DNA of 64,000 nt, taken from positions 1 through 64,000 of the forward strand of contig OZ251250.1 of assembly GCA_965240325.2 (NCBI GenBank). Reading direction: 5' to 3'. Below are positions 1 to 11,500 of this stretch, piece by piece. The position numbers and the translations under genes are program-made. The notes beneath the pieces are model-generated. The model made no database searches and was not told where the DNA came from. It saw nothing but the letters and a program-made list of their open reading frames with translations. Every line of letters starts with the position of its first letter. Positions within the stretch are counted from its first letter, which is position 1. The stretch comes from Rebecca billardiae RCC1528 (lineage: Eukaryota > Protista > Haptophyta).

Positions 1-758
1 GTCGCGCGATTTGGTTGATGAACCTAATCACGCCTTAATAGCAGTATGTCCAATATGGGGGGGGCTGGGTTACTTAGTTTTGGGGTGATGCGATAACGAG
101 GACCGCAGGCTCAAGGGGAGTCAGGGTACAGCACGTCCAGTTGGGCTGCAGCTGGAGCTTGGGTCCAAAAGCTTCCCGCGGCGCAGCGGCACTCGCCGCC
201 GCCGCCGCCGTCGAGGGGCGGTTGTGGCGCGCACGGCGTGAGCCACTGCGGGCGCTGAGGTGCGCGCGACGGCGGCGCGCCCGGCGGCGCTGCTGTAGGA
301 GGCCTCTGCCCTCCTCTCTGCCCCGCGCGCTTCGCTCGTCGTCGCCGTCTCCGCGCCTGCGACTCAGCGCGCACGCGAGCGCCGCACCGCCCGGCCGCCG
401 GGGCAATCTCAGCCGTGACTGCGCATGTGCGTCGCGACCTGGTCGGCCCAGCGCGCGAGGCGCGTGTGGGCGAGGTAGGGCCAGTATGGGCGCGCGCCAT
501 GCCGCCTCGACCTTGCGCCGGTGGGCATGTCGCGGGCCTTGCACCTCTGTCACCGGACGATTAATTCTAGGCAGACTGCTGATGCAATAATCTGATAACG
601 TCGTCGCGCGTGTCGCGACTCGCGCGCCGCCCCAGTTCGCTCGCCACACTCGGGAGCCCCGGGGCCGCCCACTGCCCCCCTCCGCGAAGCCCCCCCTTGC
701 TCGCTCGCCGACGCGACCGAGCGCGAGTGCTGCCCCTTTGGCCACGCGACGCGACGCG

Positions 759-3700
759 ATGCTCCGCGACTGGATCCCCCCGCGCCTCGGCGCGACCGGC
801 GGCGCCAAGCCGCGCGGCGCCGCCGTGAGCCCCGCCGCCGACGACGCGGCCGCGGCGCGCCGCTCGTCCGGCGCGCTCGAGCCGGCGCCGGCGCCGGCGC
901 CCGCGCCGGCGGAGGCGGCGGATCGCTGGTCGGCGGACGCGGACATCGCCGCACACCTCGACCTCCAGCCCGCCGCCTTCTCGCGCTGGGGCGTCTTCGC
1001 CGACCCCGCCGTCGAGGCCGCGTACGTGCGTCGCGAGCTGCGCGGCCGCTTTGCGCGCGCCGTCCCGCGCGTGATGGTGGTGTTCGTCGTGCTCACCGCG
1101 CTGATCCTGGTGCAGGAGGTTGCGGCGAACGGCACCATCCTCCGCTTCTCCTCGCTCACCACCCTCTCGCTCTGCCTCGTCACCGCCGCGCTCGGCGCCG
1201 GCGTGCCGCTCGCGCTGCGGCGCGGCGCGCCGATGGGTGCGGTCTCGGGCGCGTTCACGCTCGGGATGGCGGCGATGGGCGGCGCGGTGCAGTTCTCGCA
1301 CCCGTACCGCGCGGCGCTGCTCTCGGGCGACGCGCCCTTCCTCGCCGCCTCCGCCGCCGCCGGCCTCTCCTGGTCCCAGGCCTCGCTCTACCTGCGCGCG
1401 CTCGCCATCCTCACCACCGTCGGGCTCTTCACGCCCATTCAGACGGCGCACTTCGCCGCGGTGGGCGTGGCGACGGTGGCGGCGACGGTGGCGGCGCAGC
1501 TGGCCGCGCCGCTGCCGCCGGGCGGCGACGCGACGCGCGACACGCTCATCTCCTTCCTCCTCCTCCTCCTCATCTTCGCCGCGCACGCGCGGCTCGTGCG
1601 CGCCGAGCGCACGCGCTACCACTTCCACCGCGCCGTGTACGCGGCCGTGGTCGAGCGGCAGTCGCTGGAGCGGCAGGAGCACGAGCAGCGGCTGCGCGCG
1701 TCGCAGGCGGAGGCGGCGACGCAGGCGCGCGCGCGGCTCATCCGCGTCGTGATGCACGACCTGCGCTCGCCGCTCCTCTCCGTCGCCAGCATGTCGGAGA
1801 TGCTCGCCGCGCGGCCGCTCGGCACCAAGCTCGGCGCGCCGCCCGTGCGGCGCGCGGTCGAGTCGATCGGCTCGTGCGCGCGGCTGATGGAGAACATCGT
1901 GAGCGACATGCTCGGTGCGTGGCGCGGCGCGCCGCGCGCTGCCGCCCCGCCGCTGCGGCGGCTGCTGCTGCGCACGCCCGCGCCCGCGGCGGCGCGCGCG
2001 CGCGCGCGCGCGCGCTCGCGCGCGCTCACGCGCCGCCGCTGCCCCCGCGCGCCGCGCCGCGCCGCGCCGCGCCGCGCGCGCCTCAGACTTTGAGCGGATC
2101 GACAGCGGGCGGCTCGAGCTGGTGCACGCGCTCTTCTCCGCGCGGCAGCTCCTCGCCTCCTCGCTCGCCACCTTCGCGCCGCTCGCCGCCAAGAAGGGCG
2201 TCGCCCTCGAGTCCACGCCGCTGCCGGCCGCGATGCGGCGCGCGCGGTACGTGGGCGACGTGCTGCGCCTCACGCAGTGCCTCAACAACGGCGTGTCCAA
2301 CGCGATCAAGTTCACGAGCGCGGGCGGGCGCGTGGTGCTGCGCGCGGCGGAGCGGCCGCACCCGGACGAGTCCGGCTGGGTCTTCCTCGACGTCACCGTC
2401 GAGGACAGCGGCGCCGGACTCTCGCCGTCCGAGCTCGAGACTTTGCGCACGCAGGGGCCGTTTGCGCAGGTGGGCGCGGGCCAGCTGCAGGGGAACGGCG
2501 GGACCGGGCTCGGGCTGAACATCGTGCGCTCGGTGCTCGCGCTGCACAACGGCTCGCACCTCGAGCTCGCCAGCGAGGGCGCGGGCAAGGGCACGCGCTT
2601 CGTGCTGCACATCGCGTGCCCGCGCGCGCGCGCGCCCTCGCACAGGCGCGCGTCGGGCGGCGCGATCTCCGCCGCCTCCGCCGCCGAGCGCGTCACGTCG
2701 GGCTCGGAGCACTCGACGACGGACGACGGCGGCTCGCACAAGAACGGCCGTGCCAGCGGCGTCGAGCGCAGCGCCGGCCGCCGCTCCGGCGCGCACAGCG
2801 CCTCCAACGCCGAGCCCTCCGCCGCGCACGCCGCCGCGGGCCCTTCCTCGGCCGACCGCGCGGAGGTGGCCGCCGCCGCGCTCGCCGCCGCGGGCTCGGG
2901 CCACCAGCGATTCGCGCCGTACGGCGGCGGCGGCAACGACGACATCGACGAGGAGGCGGCGCCCGCGGGGGCTGAGGCGGGCGAGGGCGGCGGCGCCGAC
3001 GCCGAGGGTGCCGAGGGCGGCGGCCCCGCGGCGGTGCTGCGCTGCCTCCACGTCGAGGTGCGCGCGCGCGGCGCGCACGCTGCGAGCGCGGCCGCGCGCG
3101 CCGCCGCGCCGCGCGGCCGGCGCGCGCGCCACGCCCACGCGCCGCCGCCCTCCCTTCCCCCTCGGCGCAGGACGACCTGATGCTGCGCTTCACGCTGGGC
3201 GCGCGCATCTTCGAGCCCAGGGCCGCCCACTGCGACAGCGCGGAGGACGGGCGGCAGGCGCTCGAGCTCGTGCGCCAGCGCCCCGGCGAGTACGCGCTCA
3301 TCCTGATGGACAACCAGGTGCGGGCGGTTGTGTGCGTGTGTGTGTGTGCGGGCGGCAGTTTGTGCGTGTGCGTGTGCGTGTGTGTGCGGGCGGGAGGCAG
3401 TGCGTGCGTGTGCGTGTGCGTGTGTGTGCGGGCGGGCAGCGCTGTGTGCGTGTGTGTGCGTGGCTGTGTGTGTGTGCGCGCGCGCGGGGCGGCACTGGGC
3501 ACGGGGCTCGCGCCGGGGGCTCGCCCGCGGTGCGACCGGCCGTGGCGCGGCGCGGCAGCGCCTCACCCGCGCCGCCCGCCCGCCCGCCCGCCCGCCCGCG
3601 CGCGCCGCTGCTGCCCAGATGCCCAACATGGGAGGCTCGGAGGCGACGCGCGCGCTGCGGCAACTCGGGTACAGAGGCGTGATCATCGGCATGACGGGCG

Positions 3701-3948
3701 ACCCGTCCGGCTCGGCCGACCGGCGCGAGTTCGAGGAGGCGGGCCTGGACGTGTGCGTCGACAAGACCACGCAGGGCCTCGAGTACGTCGCCTCCGTGCT
3801 CGACGACATGATCCGCGCGGCGCACGAGCGCGCGCAGCTGGGCGCGCGCTGGGGGTCGAAGCGCGCCAACAAGGCCGAGGCCGACGGTCCGGAGGACGAC
3901 AGCGACGCCGAGTCCGGCTCCGAGCTCGGCGCCGCCGTCATCCTCTGA
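759..3948 (+). CDS. Membrane-bound hybrid histidine kinase (TM region + HisKA + HATPase_c + receiver); exons 759-1914, 2087-3057, 3171-3317, 3619-3948
   Basis: Splicing three GT-AG introns (1915-2086, 3058-3170, 3318-3618) gives one continuous frame. It contains the H-box VMHDLRSPL, SDML|DFERIDSGRLEL, N-box CLNNGVSNAIKFT, G1 DSGAGL, G2 GGTGLGLNI, and a receiver domain LHVE|DD...ILMDNQ|MPNMGG...GMTG...DK. Several hydrophobic helices lie in the N-terminal ~290 aa. Confidence 0.93.
3329..3476. repeat. (GT)n/(GTGC)n microsatellite-like tract in intron 3 of the histidine kinase
   Basis: Repeated tgtgtgcgtgtg units interspersed with gcgggcggcag. Confidence 0.85.
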
Positions 3949-4377
3949 TGGCGCCACGACGATGGGCTGCTCGCGGCCGCTGGGCCCGGGGGCAGTGCGG
4001 CGCGGGGCCGCCAGCAATCAGCACGCGTGCCGGCGCCAGGCCAGGCCCGTAGTGAATCAGTTATCCGAGGGCGAGGCGCGGCGCCGCGCCGCGCCGCGGC
4101 GGCGCCGGTCCCGTCGTACTGACGCCCGAGTCCCACGGCTGCAGCATGAGTGCTGCACGCTGCTTGGCGGTGGCCGCCGTGCGCGTCGAGACGGTTGTAG
4201 GGATCGATCTAGTCGACCCGTCCGCATCGCGGCATGTAACGGCCGAGGGGAAAGAAGACTTTCACTTGCGCCACCGCCCGGACTGCCGCCGCGCTGCCAT
4301 CATTAACCGTGGCAGCTGCTCGGCCTCCGAAGAGGCACCGCGAGCGCCCAGCTGCGAGCTAGCCCCCTCGGCAGGAG

Positions 4378-4811
4378 ATGTACGCCCTCACGCGCGCGCG
4401 CACGTCGAGCCTCGTCCGCTCGGGCGTGCGCTACGGCCACGTACGCGCCGCGCGCGCGCGCGCCGCGCTCCTCCTCCCTCCGCCCGCCGCCCCGCCCCGC
4501 GCCCGCGTCCGCCATGCTGATCCCTCCCCCGCCGCCGTGCGCGCTGCAGAACCACCCGATCTTTGAGCACCACGAGAACTGGGGCCAGAACAAGTGGAAG
4601 CCGGCGCTGTTCGTGAGCACGTTCGTCGGGATCGGCCTCTTCGTGCCGTGGTTCGGCATCTCCTTCGCACAGTGCGCGCGCGCCGCGCCGACACCTGCGC
4701 CGCGCACGGCGCGTGCGGAGCAGCGCGCGCGCGCGCCGGCCGGCGCCTCACGCGCCGTGCCGCGTCGCTGCGGCGCGCGTGCGCGCGCGCAGGTGGAAGT
4801 CGCGCCAGTAA
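4378..4811 (+). CDS. Small mitochondrial single-TM protein, cytochrome c oxidase subunit VIIc (COX7C)-like; exons 4378-4440, 4550-4671, 4793-4811
   Basis: GT-AG introns at 4441-4549 and 4672-4792. The spliced product is MYALTRARTSSLVRSGVRYGHNHPIFEHHENWGQNKWKPALFVSTFVGIGLFVPWFGISFAQWKSRQ (67 aa): Arg/Ser-rich presequence, NKW, then a TM helix with G..F..P....Q.K, as in COX7C. Confidence 0.7.
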
Positions 4812-5479
4812 GCGCGGGAGGCGTACCTACGTCGGCAGCGCCGCTCTCCGCGCCCGCTCCCGCCGCCGAGCCGCGCCGTGCCCGCCGGCACCCCGGCGGC
4901 TGGGCGGCTCGGCGCGCCGGGCCGCAGCTGCGCCAGCTGCGCGCGTCTCGCCTCGCGGAGGGCGGGCCCGGCGGGCCGCCGTGCCGGACGCCGCGGCCTG
5001 TGGGCCCCGATGGGCCAAGGGCCGCGACGCCGCGTCGGCCGCCAGAGGGCAAGGCGCGACACGCGGTCTGCCCGCTCGGTGACGACGGTGTGACCGGGCG
5101 CCGGCTCTAACGCCCCGCCATCGGAACTCTTTGAACGCGCCGGCCGGGCCGCTCGGCTGTCTGTCGGTCGTGACCGGCGGTCGCGCGCGGCCCGAAGCCT
5201 CCGAGGACGCGCAGCCCGTGCTGATCGTGGCAGCCGTGGCTGACGGTGACCGCCCGATCCATCTCGGTCGCCGCGCGTGATGATGAGGACTCGCTTGCTA
5301 AATCGTCGCCGAGTCTACTGTGAGTGTGACCGTGAGCCCCTCTGTTGTGATTCGGCCTAATATGACGCAAGATTCATTGATCGATGAATCATTGTCATCA
5401 TGAAGAGTAGTGATTGTAGTCGTCAGAACGACTGGATCCTTTTGGAGCCCTCTTTGTATCTTGCTCTTCGGGTCGCAGC

Positions 5480-6694
5480 ATGGCGTCGCCCGGCGCCGCC
5501 CGCGCGCTCCTCGCCGCGTCGTTCTTGTTGGCGGCGCAGCATCACGCGGCGGCGCAGCCCGACCTGTGCCCGCCGCGCTTCGCGAGCTCGCGCAAGCCGC
5601 CCATCCCCAACGCCGTGCACCAGCCCTGGCTCTCCGGCGCCACGCTGCGCTGGGAGCACGTGCTCGCGATGATGAGCGTGCGCTACGTGCTGCGCCCCGA
5701 GCGCTACACGCTGTACGTCGACCGGGTGCCCGCGCCGTCGGCGACGTGGCGCTGCGCGCTCGCGCTGGTGGACGAGCTCGCGCTCCGCCCCGCGCGCACC
5801 CGCGTCGGCGCCACGCCCATCCTCCACACCGTCCACCAGTCCGACCTGATGCGGCTCGAGCTGCTGCTCGCGCACGGGGGCGTGTACCTCGACCACGACG
5901 CGTTCGCGCTGCAGCCGCTGGACGGGCTGCGCGCGTGCGGCGCGGACGTGATCGCGGGGTACGAGCGCTACTGGGACGCCGCGCGCACCGAGAAGCTCAA
6001 CAACGGCGTCCTGCTCGCGCGGCCGCGCGCGCCCTTCCTGCGGCGCTGGCAGGCCGCCTACTCACGTGGGTATTACCCGCACAGCTGGGACAACAACTCG
6101 TGCGTGCTGCCGTTCCGGCTGGCGAGCGAGCACCCGGAGGAGGCGCTCGTGCTGCGCACGCCCTCCATCGGCCCGATGCCCCCGCTCCTCAACTCCGCCC
6201 CCGCGCACGCGCACTACCAGCGGCGCGCACTCGTCACGCACGTGACCGGCCTGCTGACCGAGCGCTGGCGGGTGGCCGAGGTTCGTCAATTCGGCGTGCT
6301 GCGCGCGATCGCGGAGCGGGTGCTCGGCGCGGCGGGGCGCGGTGGCGGGGTGCCGGGGCCGAGGCCCGCGCCGCCCGACGCGCTGCGCACGCGCCTCCTC
6401 GCCGCGCTGCTGCTGCGCAACGGCACTGCGGCACGCGGCGGCGGCGGCGGCGCCGCCGCCGCCGCCGAGCCGCCCGCCGAGACGCCCGTGATGGCGGCCG
6501 AGCGGCACGCGCGGCCGGCGTCCGCGCGGCGGCGGCGGCTTGCGCGCGGCGGGGATGGCGGCGGGGGTGGCGAAGCCACTGCCGCTGGCGGCAGCGTCGA
6601 TGCGGAGACGGCGGAGCGGGTCGCCGCCGCCGCGTGGACGGTCGAGCAGTGGTGCCGCAAGCGCGTGCGCTCGCACGTGCGGCAGGTGTGGTGA
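5480..6694 (+). CDS. Glycosyltransferase, GT32 / DXD sugar-binding family
   Basis: 404-aa single-exon ORF with an N-terminal signal/anchor, IPNAVHQ, HQSDLMRLELLLAHGGVYLDHD (DXD), and LNNGVLLARPRAPFL. Confidence 0.88.
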   Translation: MASPGAARALLAASFLLAAQHHAAAQPDLCPPRFASSRKPPIPNAVHQPWLSGATLRWEHVLAMMSVRYVLRPERYTLYVDRVPAPSATWRCALALVDELALRPARTRVGATPILHTVHQSDLMRLELLLAHGGVYLDHDAFALQPLDGLRACGADVIAGYERYWDAARTEKLNNGVLLARPRAPFLRRWQAAYSRGYYPHSWDNNSCVLPFRLASEHPEEALVLRTPSIGPMPPLLNSAPAHAHYQRRALVTHVTGLLTERWRVAEVRQFGVLRAIAERVLGAAGRGGGVPGPRPAPPDALRTRLLAALLLRNGTAARGGGGGAAAAAEPPAETPVMAAERHARPASARRRRLARGGDGGGGGEATAAGGSVDAETAERVAAAAWTVEQWCRKRVRSHVRQVW

Positions 6695-6977
6695 TGAACA
6701 GAGTACGATGGATGAGACGCACACAGCCCACATACTACAGTCTTCAATCGTAGTACCGTTTGAAGCGCCGTCAGTTCCAAAGTGCGCCGTGCCCACTCGG
6801 CTTAGCCAGAGGCAGGCACCAATCCGGCGACAGAGGCCTCTAAGGCGGGTCCGGACGCTCTGTGACTGACTGACAGCTCATCACTATGATCTTGAGTCTG
6901 CAGCTCAGCCAACGGACACTGGACAGCCCGCGGCGACAGCGCTTGACCGCACCGACTGCGCGGCGCCGGCGGGAGCG

Positions 6978-8318
6978 ATGGCCAGCACGGCACAGGCGCA
7001 CGCGCGTCGCCTCGTGCTCGACGACCTGCCGCGCGAGGTGCTCGACCGCATACTCGTGTTCCTTACGCCGCGCGACCTCGCCAGCCTGAACGCCACCGCG
7101 CGCCTCTTCCACGCCGCGCCGCCCGGCGGGTGCTCGGCGGTCGAGCGCGCGCTGCGCGAGCGCGCGTGCGCGCGCGGGCACGAGCGCGCGCTGCCGGCGA
7201 CGCTGCCCTCGGGCGTGCGCACGTGGACGGCGGAACTGCTTGCTCGCGAGCGTGTGCTCGAGCTCGCATGCTCACACTCGCCTCCGGTGGCGGCCGGCGT
7301 TGGCTTCAGCGCGTGTGTGGATGCGGAGGGCGGGCTGCACACGTGCGGCGAGGAGGAGGTGCCTGATCAGTCGGAGCCGGAGAGCGACGACGAGGACGAG
7401 GACGGGGAGCCGACGGGCGCGTATCGAGCGCCCGCGGCAATCAGCCACTCGGGCATGCCGGCAGTGCTTGTGCCGACGCACGTCGCCTCCCTCAGCGCCG
7501 TGCGCGTGTGCGCTGTGGCCGCTGGCCGGGCCCACCTGCTCGCGCTGAGCGAGGCCGGCGCCGTGTACGGCTGCGGCGACAACGGGTACGGCCAGCTGGG
7601 GCTGGGCGACGAGGAGGAGCAACGCTCTTTCACACTCGTCGGGTTACCCGCGAGTGAGCCCGTCGTGTGCATCGCGGCAGCCGACGCGCACAGCCTCGCA
7701 CTCACGGCAGCGGGCTGCGCGTACAGCTGGGGCAACAACGGCTTCGGCCAGCTCGGCCACGGCGACGGGCAGCATCAGCACACGCCGAGGCGCATCGAGG
7801 CGCTCGCGGGCGTGCGCGCCGTGCACGTGAGCGCGGGCGGTGGCCACAGCCTGGTGGTGGACAGCGAGGGGACGGTGTACTCGTTTGGGTTTGGTGAGGA
7901 TGCCGCCCTCGGGCACGGAGACACGCGCGAGCAGCTCTCGCCGAGGCGGCTTGACGCCCTCGCGGGTGTGCGCATCGTGCGCGCGTGTGCTGGTGGCCTC
8001 AGCAGCGCGGTGCTGGGCGCGGACGGCAGCGTGCACACGTTTGGGAGCAACAGGTACGGCCAGCTCGGACTGGGGCACGGAGGCGCGGCCCTCGAGGCTC
8101 CCACGCGCGCGGGCGCCCTCGCCCACACGCGCGTGGTGCACTGTGCCATGGGCGACTACCACTCGCTGTTTGTGAGTGCGGACGGCAGCGTGTACGCGTG
8201 CGGCAAGCGGTCGGCTGCGCTCGGCCTCGGCATGAGCGTGGCCGAGCAAGACGAGCCCACCCAGCGGGTGGACGCGCCCGTGCTCGTCGAGACGGCGTGG
8301 TGTGCCCGTGTCTGCTGA
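6978..8318 (+). CDS. F-box + RCC1-repeat protein, paralog 1 (446 aa, six-repeat form)
   Basis: N-terminal F-box-like LDDLPREVLDRILVFLTPRDLASLNATARLF, followed by repeats of AG..H.L.L...G.VY.WG.N..GQLG.G. Confidence 0.88.
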   Translation: MASTAQAHARRLVLDDLPREVLDRILVFLTPRDLASLNATARLFHAAPPGGCSAVERALRERACARGHERALPATLPSGVRTWTAELLARERVLELACSHSPPVAAGVGFSACVDAEGGLHTCGEEEVPDQSEPESDDEDEDGEPTGAYRAPAAISHSGMPAVLVPTHVASLSAVRVCAVAAGRAHLLALSEAGAVYGCGDNGYGQLGLGDEEEQRSFTLVGLPASEPVVCIAAADAHSLALTAAGCAYSWGNNGFGQLGHGDGQHQHTPRRIEALAGVRAVHVSAGGGHSLVVDSEGTVYSFGFGEDAALGHGDTREQLSPRRLDALAGVRIVRACAGGLSSAVLGADGSVHTFGSNRYGQLGLGHGGAALEAPTRAGALAHTRVVHCAMGDYHSLFVSADGSVYACGKRSAALGLGMSVAEQDEPTQRVDAPVLVETAWCARVC

Positions 8319-8566
8319 TGCGTGCCTCTGCCGACGTTCCGCTGCTCCGTTCACTCCGTTGCAGCCGTGGGCGGCGGCCTGGCAGCGGACGCAGCAGCCG
8401 GGCGCGGGCCGCCGCCGGCCCACGGTGCCGCCGCCCAGGCTGGCTGGCGCCTGGCGGTCGGACGGCCAGCGGCGCATCGCCTCGAAACTGAGCTTGTAAG
8501 TGCGTACGTGCCCACTCGGCTTAGCACTGAGCGTCGCACCAATCGGGCTCGACAGTCTCAGATTCC

Positions 8567-11500
8567 GGCAAATTGTCGTCCATGCTGGTGGAGTTATTGT
8601 AAACTCGCGCCAGAAAAAAGGAGAGGGGAGGAAAAAGGAGGGGGAGGAGGGGAGGAGGGAGAAGAGAGGGGGAAGAAGAGAGGGAGGAAAAGGAGGATCA
8701 TCGTAGTCGGTGATAGTGGTCAGTCTGATACAGCTGGGCGCTCGGCCAGGGACATCATGTCTCGGCTACAGACGTGACATCCGTCGACTGTAGGTAGTGG
8801 CTGAATCGGTCACGCCTGCTCGTCGTCGCGCGCTCGGCGCTTCGAAATCACTGTCGTCGTGCCGTGATTGTGACGACAGGCGACGACAGTGACCCTCCGC
8901 CTGCAGGCAAAGCGCACGCCGTCAGACCTGGGCTCAGTGAGGCGGTAGCGGTGCGCACACGCCCTGCCGTCACAAACACAGGCCGATGTATTCAATAGGC
9001 GTCTGGCTGTTTCACTCATCGACCACTGCTGCCGAGCAAGAGGAGCGCTCGAGTGAGGCGCTTCTCAGGCACTGTATCACGCCACGCAGTCAGCGGCCAG
9101 CGCGCAAGTGGGCGGCACTCCGCCCATCAGCAGCCTCCGCACACGTGCGAGCTGTGGTGGAGCTGTGCAGGTGGTCACGCGACAGACGAGAGGAGGCGGC
9201 GGAATGCGGGCAAACAGTCGCCTCAGCCGATGCGCACGAAAGCGTGTGTCGGTCAGCGGATGGCTACCTCGTACACACACGGCACAGTGCACGGCTGCCA
9301 ACAGCACGTGGCACTGGGTGGGTCGCTCTCACAAAGGACTCAGCGCCGCGAGAGCGAGGAGCGCTGGCCTGACGACGGGGGGCGCGAGTGCAGGTGCGGT
9401 GGACCGGTGCCGCGGCCTGTATGCGACTCTCGATGCAAATGCGCGCGCGCGTGCGCGTAAGGGTGTCGTCCAGCCTCTGCGGCACTCAGACTCTGGAAGG
9501 CTGCTGCGGTGCACACATGTGCCTTCCTCAGCCGCCTCACGCGCCAAGTGGCACGCATCACGGCGGCGAGAGCGTCCGCGACGTTGGCGATCGCAGGGCC
9601 GACCCCTAGCAGCTTCAGCGCCTCGTCCTCGGTACCGCCCGGAGCCCAAAGCTGCTGAAGCTCTGGGCCGACCACGATCTCACACTCACCTACCGTGCAG
9701 CAGGGGCCTGCTTTGCGAGCGCGGTCGTACGTGCATGGTCCCTTGCTCCACGGTGTGCTTTCTCTCGCAAATCCGCTGCTGATCGCGCCTCTCAGCCATG
9801 CGCCCAGCGCCGCCGCGACAAGCTGCGCAGCGCCGCGGCTGTCGGCGCGCGCGAGGGCGGCCGCGACTAGGCACGCGACGGCAGGCGGTGCGCTGTGCGG
9901 CGCGGCGGCGGGCGGCGCGTTCGGCACTGCCGGCGCCACAGAGGCCGCGCGCTCGCAGCTGAGATTGCGGTGCGCGTCTACCCATCACCCGCATCGCCGA
10001 CCGCTGGCGGCAGCGGTGGCCGCCGAGGGCCGCGCGCACTGGCGGCGTAGGTGTGCCGCGCGCCGCCGAGCGTGCACGCGGGCGCGCGTGTGTGCGTCAC
10101 GTCGTCGGGAAAGGGCAACGCCACGGCGCCCCGCATCTGCCGCGGCCGGCATGGCGACACGAGATACGGCCGCGTCCCCCGAAGGTCAGCGGCGCTAACA
10201 CCGAAGTCAGCAACGTGAGCAGCGCCAACCTCGACGCTGACAAGAGCTGGACTGCTTCGGCTTAGCTGTCAGACGCCACGTGGGTGGTCAGGCGCGTCCC
10301 CTGCCGACACGTGCATACCGTATGTGCCAGTGGGAGTGATGCACGCGATGCCACGGCGTTTAGCGTCGATCGTGCGTTGCCAAACGCGCCTTGAGGTCGC
10401 TCCCCACGCGCGGACTCAGGGTGTTTGAACGTCTCGCTGGGCGTCAGCGACCAAGTTCGAGGGCCGGAGGAGGGGAGTCAACGAGGGCCAAGGGCGTTGT
10501 CGCCACAAGGCCTCCGCCAACTCGTGCAACCATTGGCTGAGCCAAAAGATGGCAGTCTGAAGTCCTATGTGAGCCAAAAGATAGCCCAATAAGTAAAAGT
10601 CCTGCCCAGGCCCTTCCGGACAGCCAAAAGAGTCCACCAGCATGCCCTAGTAGCCCAGATTCGGCAAATTGTCCATGCTGGTGGAGTTATTGTAAACTCG
10701 CGCGCCAGAAAAACGGAGAGGGGAGGAAAAAGGAGGGGGAGGAGGGAAGGAGGGAGAAGAGAGGGGGAAGAAGAGAGGGAGGAAAAGGAGGATCATCGTA
10801 GTCGGTGATAGTGGTCAGTCTGATACAGCTGGGCGCTCGGCCAGGGACATGTCTCGGCTACAGACGTGACATACGTCGACTGTAGGTAGTGGCTGAATCG
10901 GTCACGCCTGCTCGTCGTCGCGCGCTCGGCGCTTCGAAATCACTGTCGTCGTGCCGTGATTGTGACGACAGGCGACGACAGTGACCCTCCGCCGCAGGCA
11001 AAGCGCACGCCGTCAGACCTGGGCTCAGTGAGGCGGTAGCGGTGCGCACACGCCCTGCCGTCACAAACACAGGCCGAAGCATTCAATGGGTGTCTGGCTG
11101 TTTCACTCATCGACCACTGCTGCCGAGCAAGAGGAGCGCTCGAGTGAGGCGCATCTCAGGCACGGTATCACGCCACGCAGTCAGCGGCCAGCGCGCAAGT
11201 GGGCGGCACTCCGCCCATCAGCAGCCTCCGCACACGTGCGAGCTGTGGTGGAGCTGTGCAGGTGGTCACGCGACAGACGAGAGGAGGCGGCGGAATGTGG
11301 GCGAACAGTCGCCTCAGCCGATGCGCACGAAAGCGTGTGTCGGTCAGCGGATGGCTACCTCGTACACACACGGCACAGTGCACGGCTGCCAACAGCACGT
11401 GGCACTGGGTGGGTCGCTCTCACAAAGGACTCAGCGCCGCGAGAGCGAGGAGCGCTGGCCTGACGACGGGGGGCGCGAGTGCAGGTGCGGTGGACCGGTG

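Noticed and set aside
567-4136. 1189-aa minus-strand ORF and other long antisense ORFs
   Set aside because: These are shadows of GC-rich coding sequence on the opposite strand. They run through introns and microsatellites and show no domain motifs.
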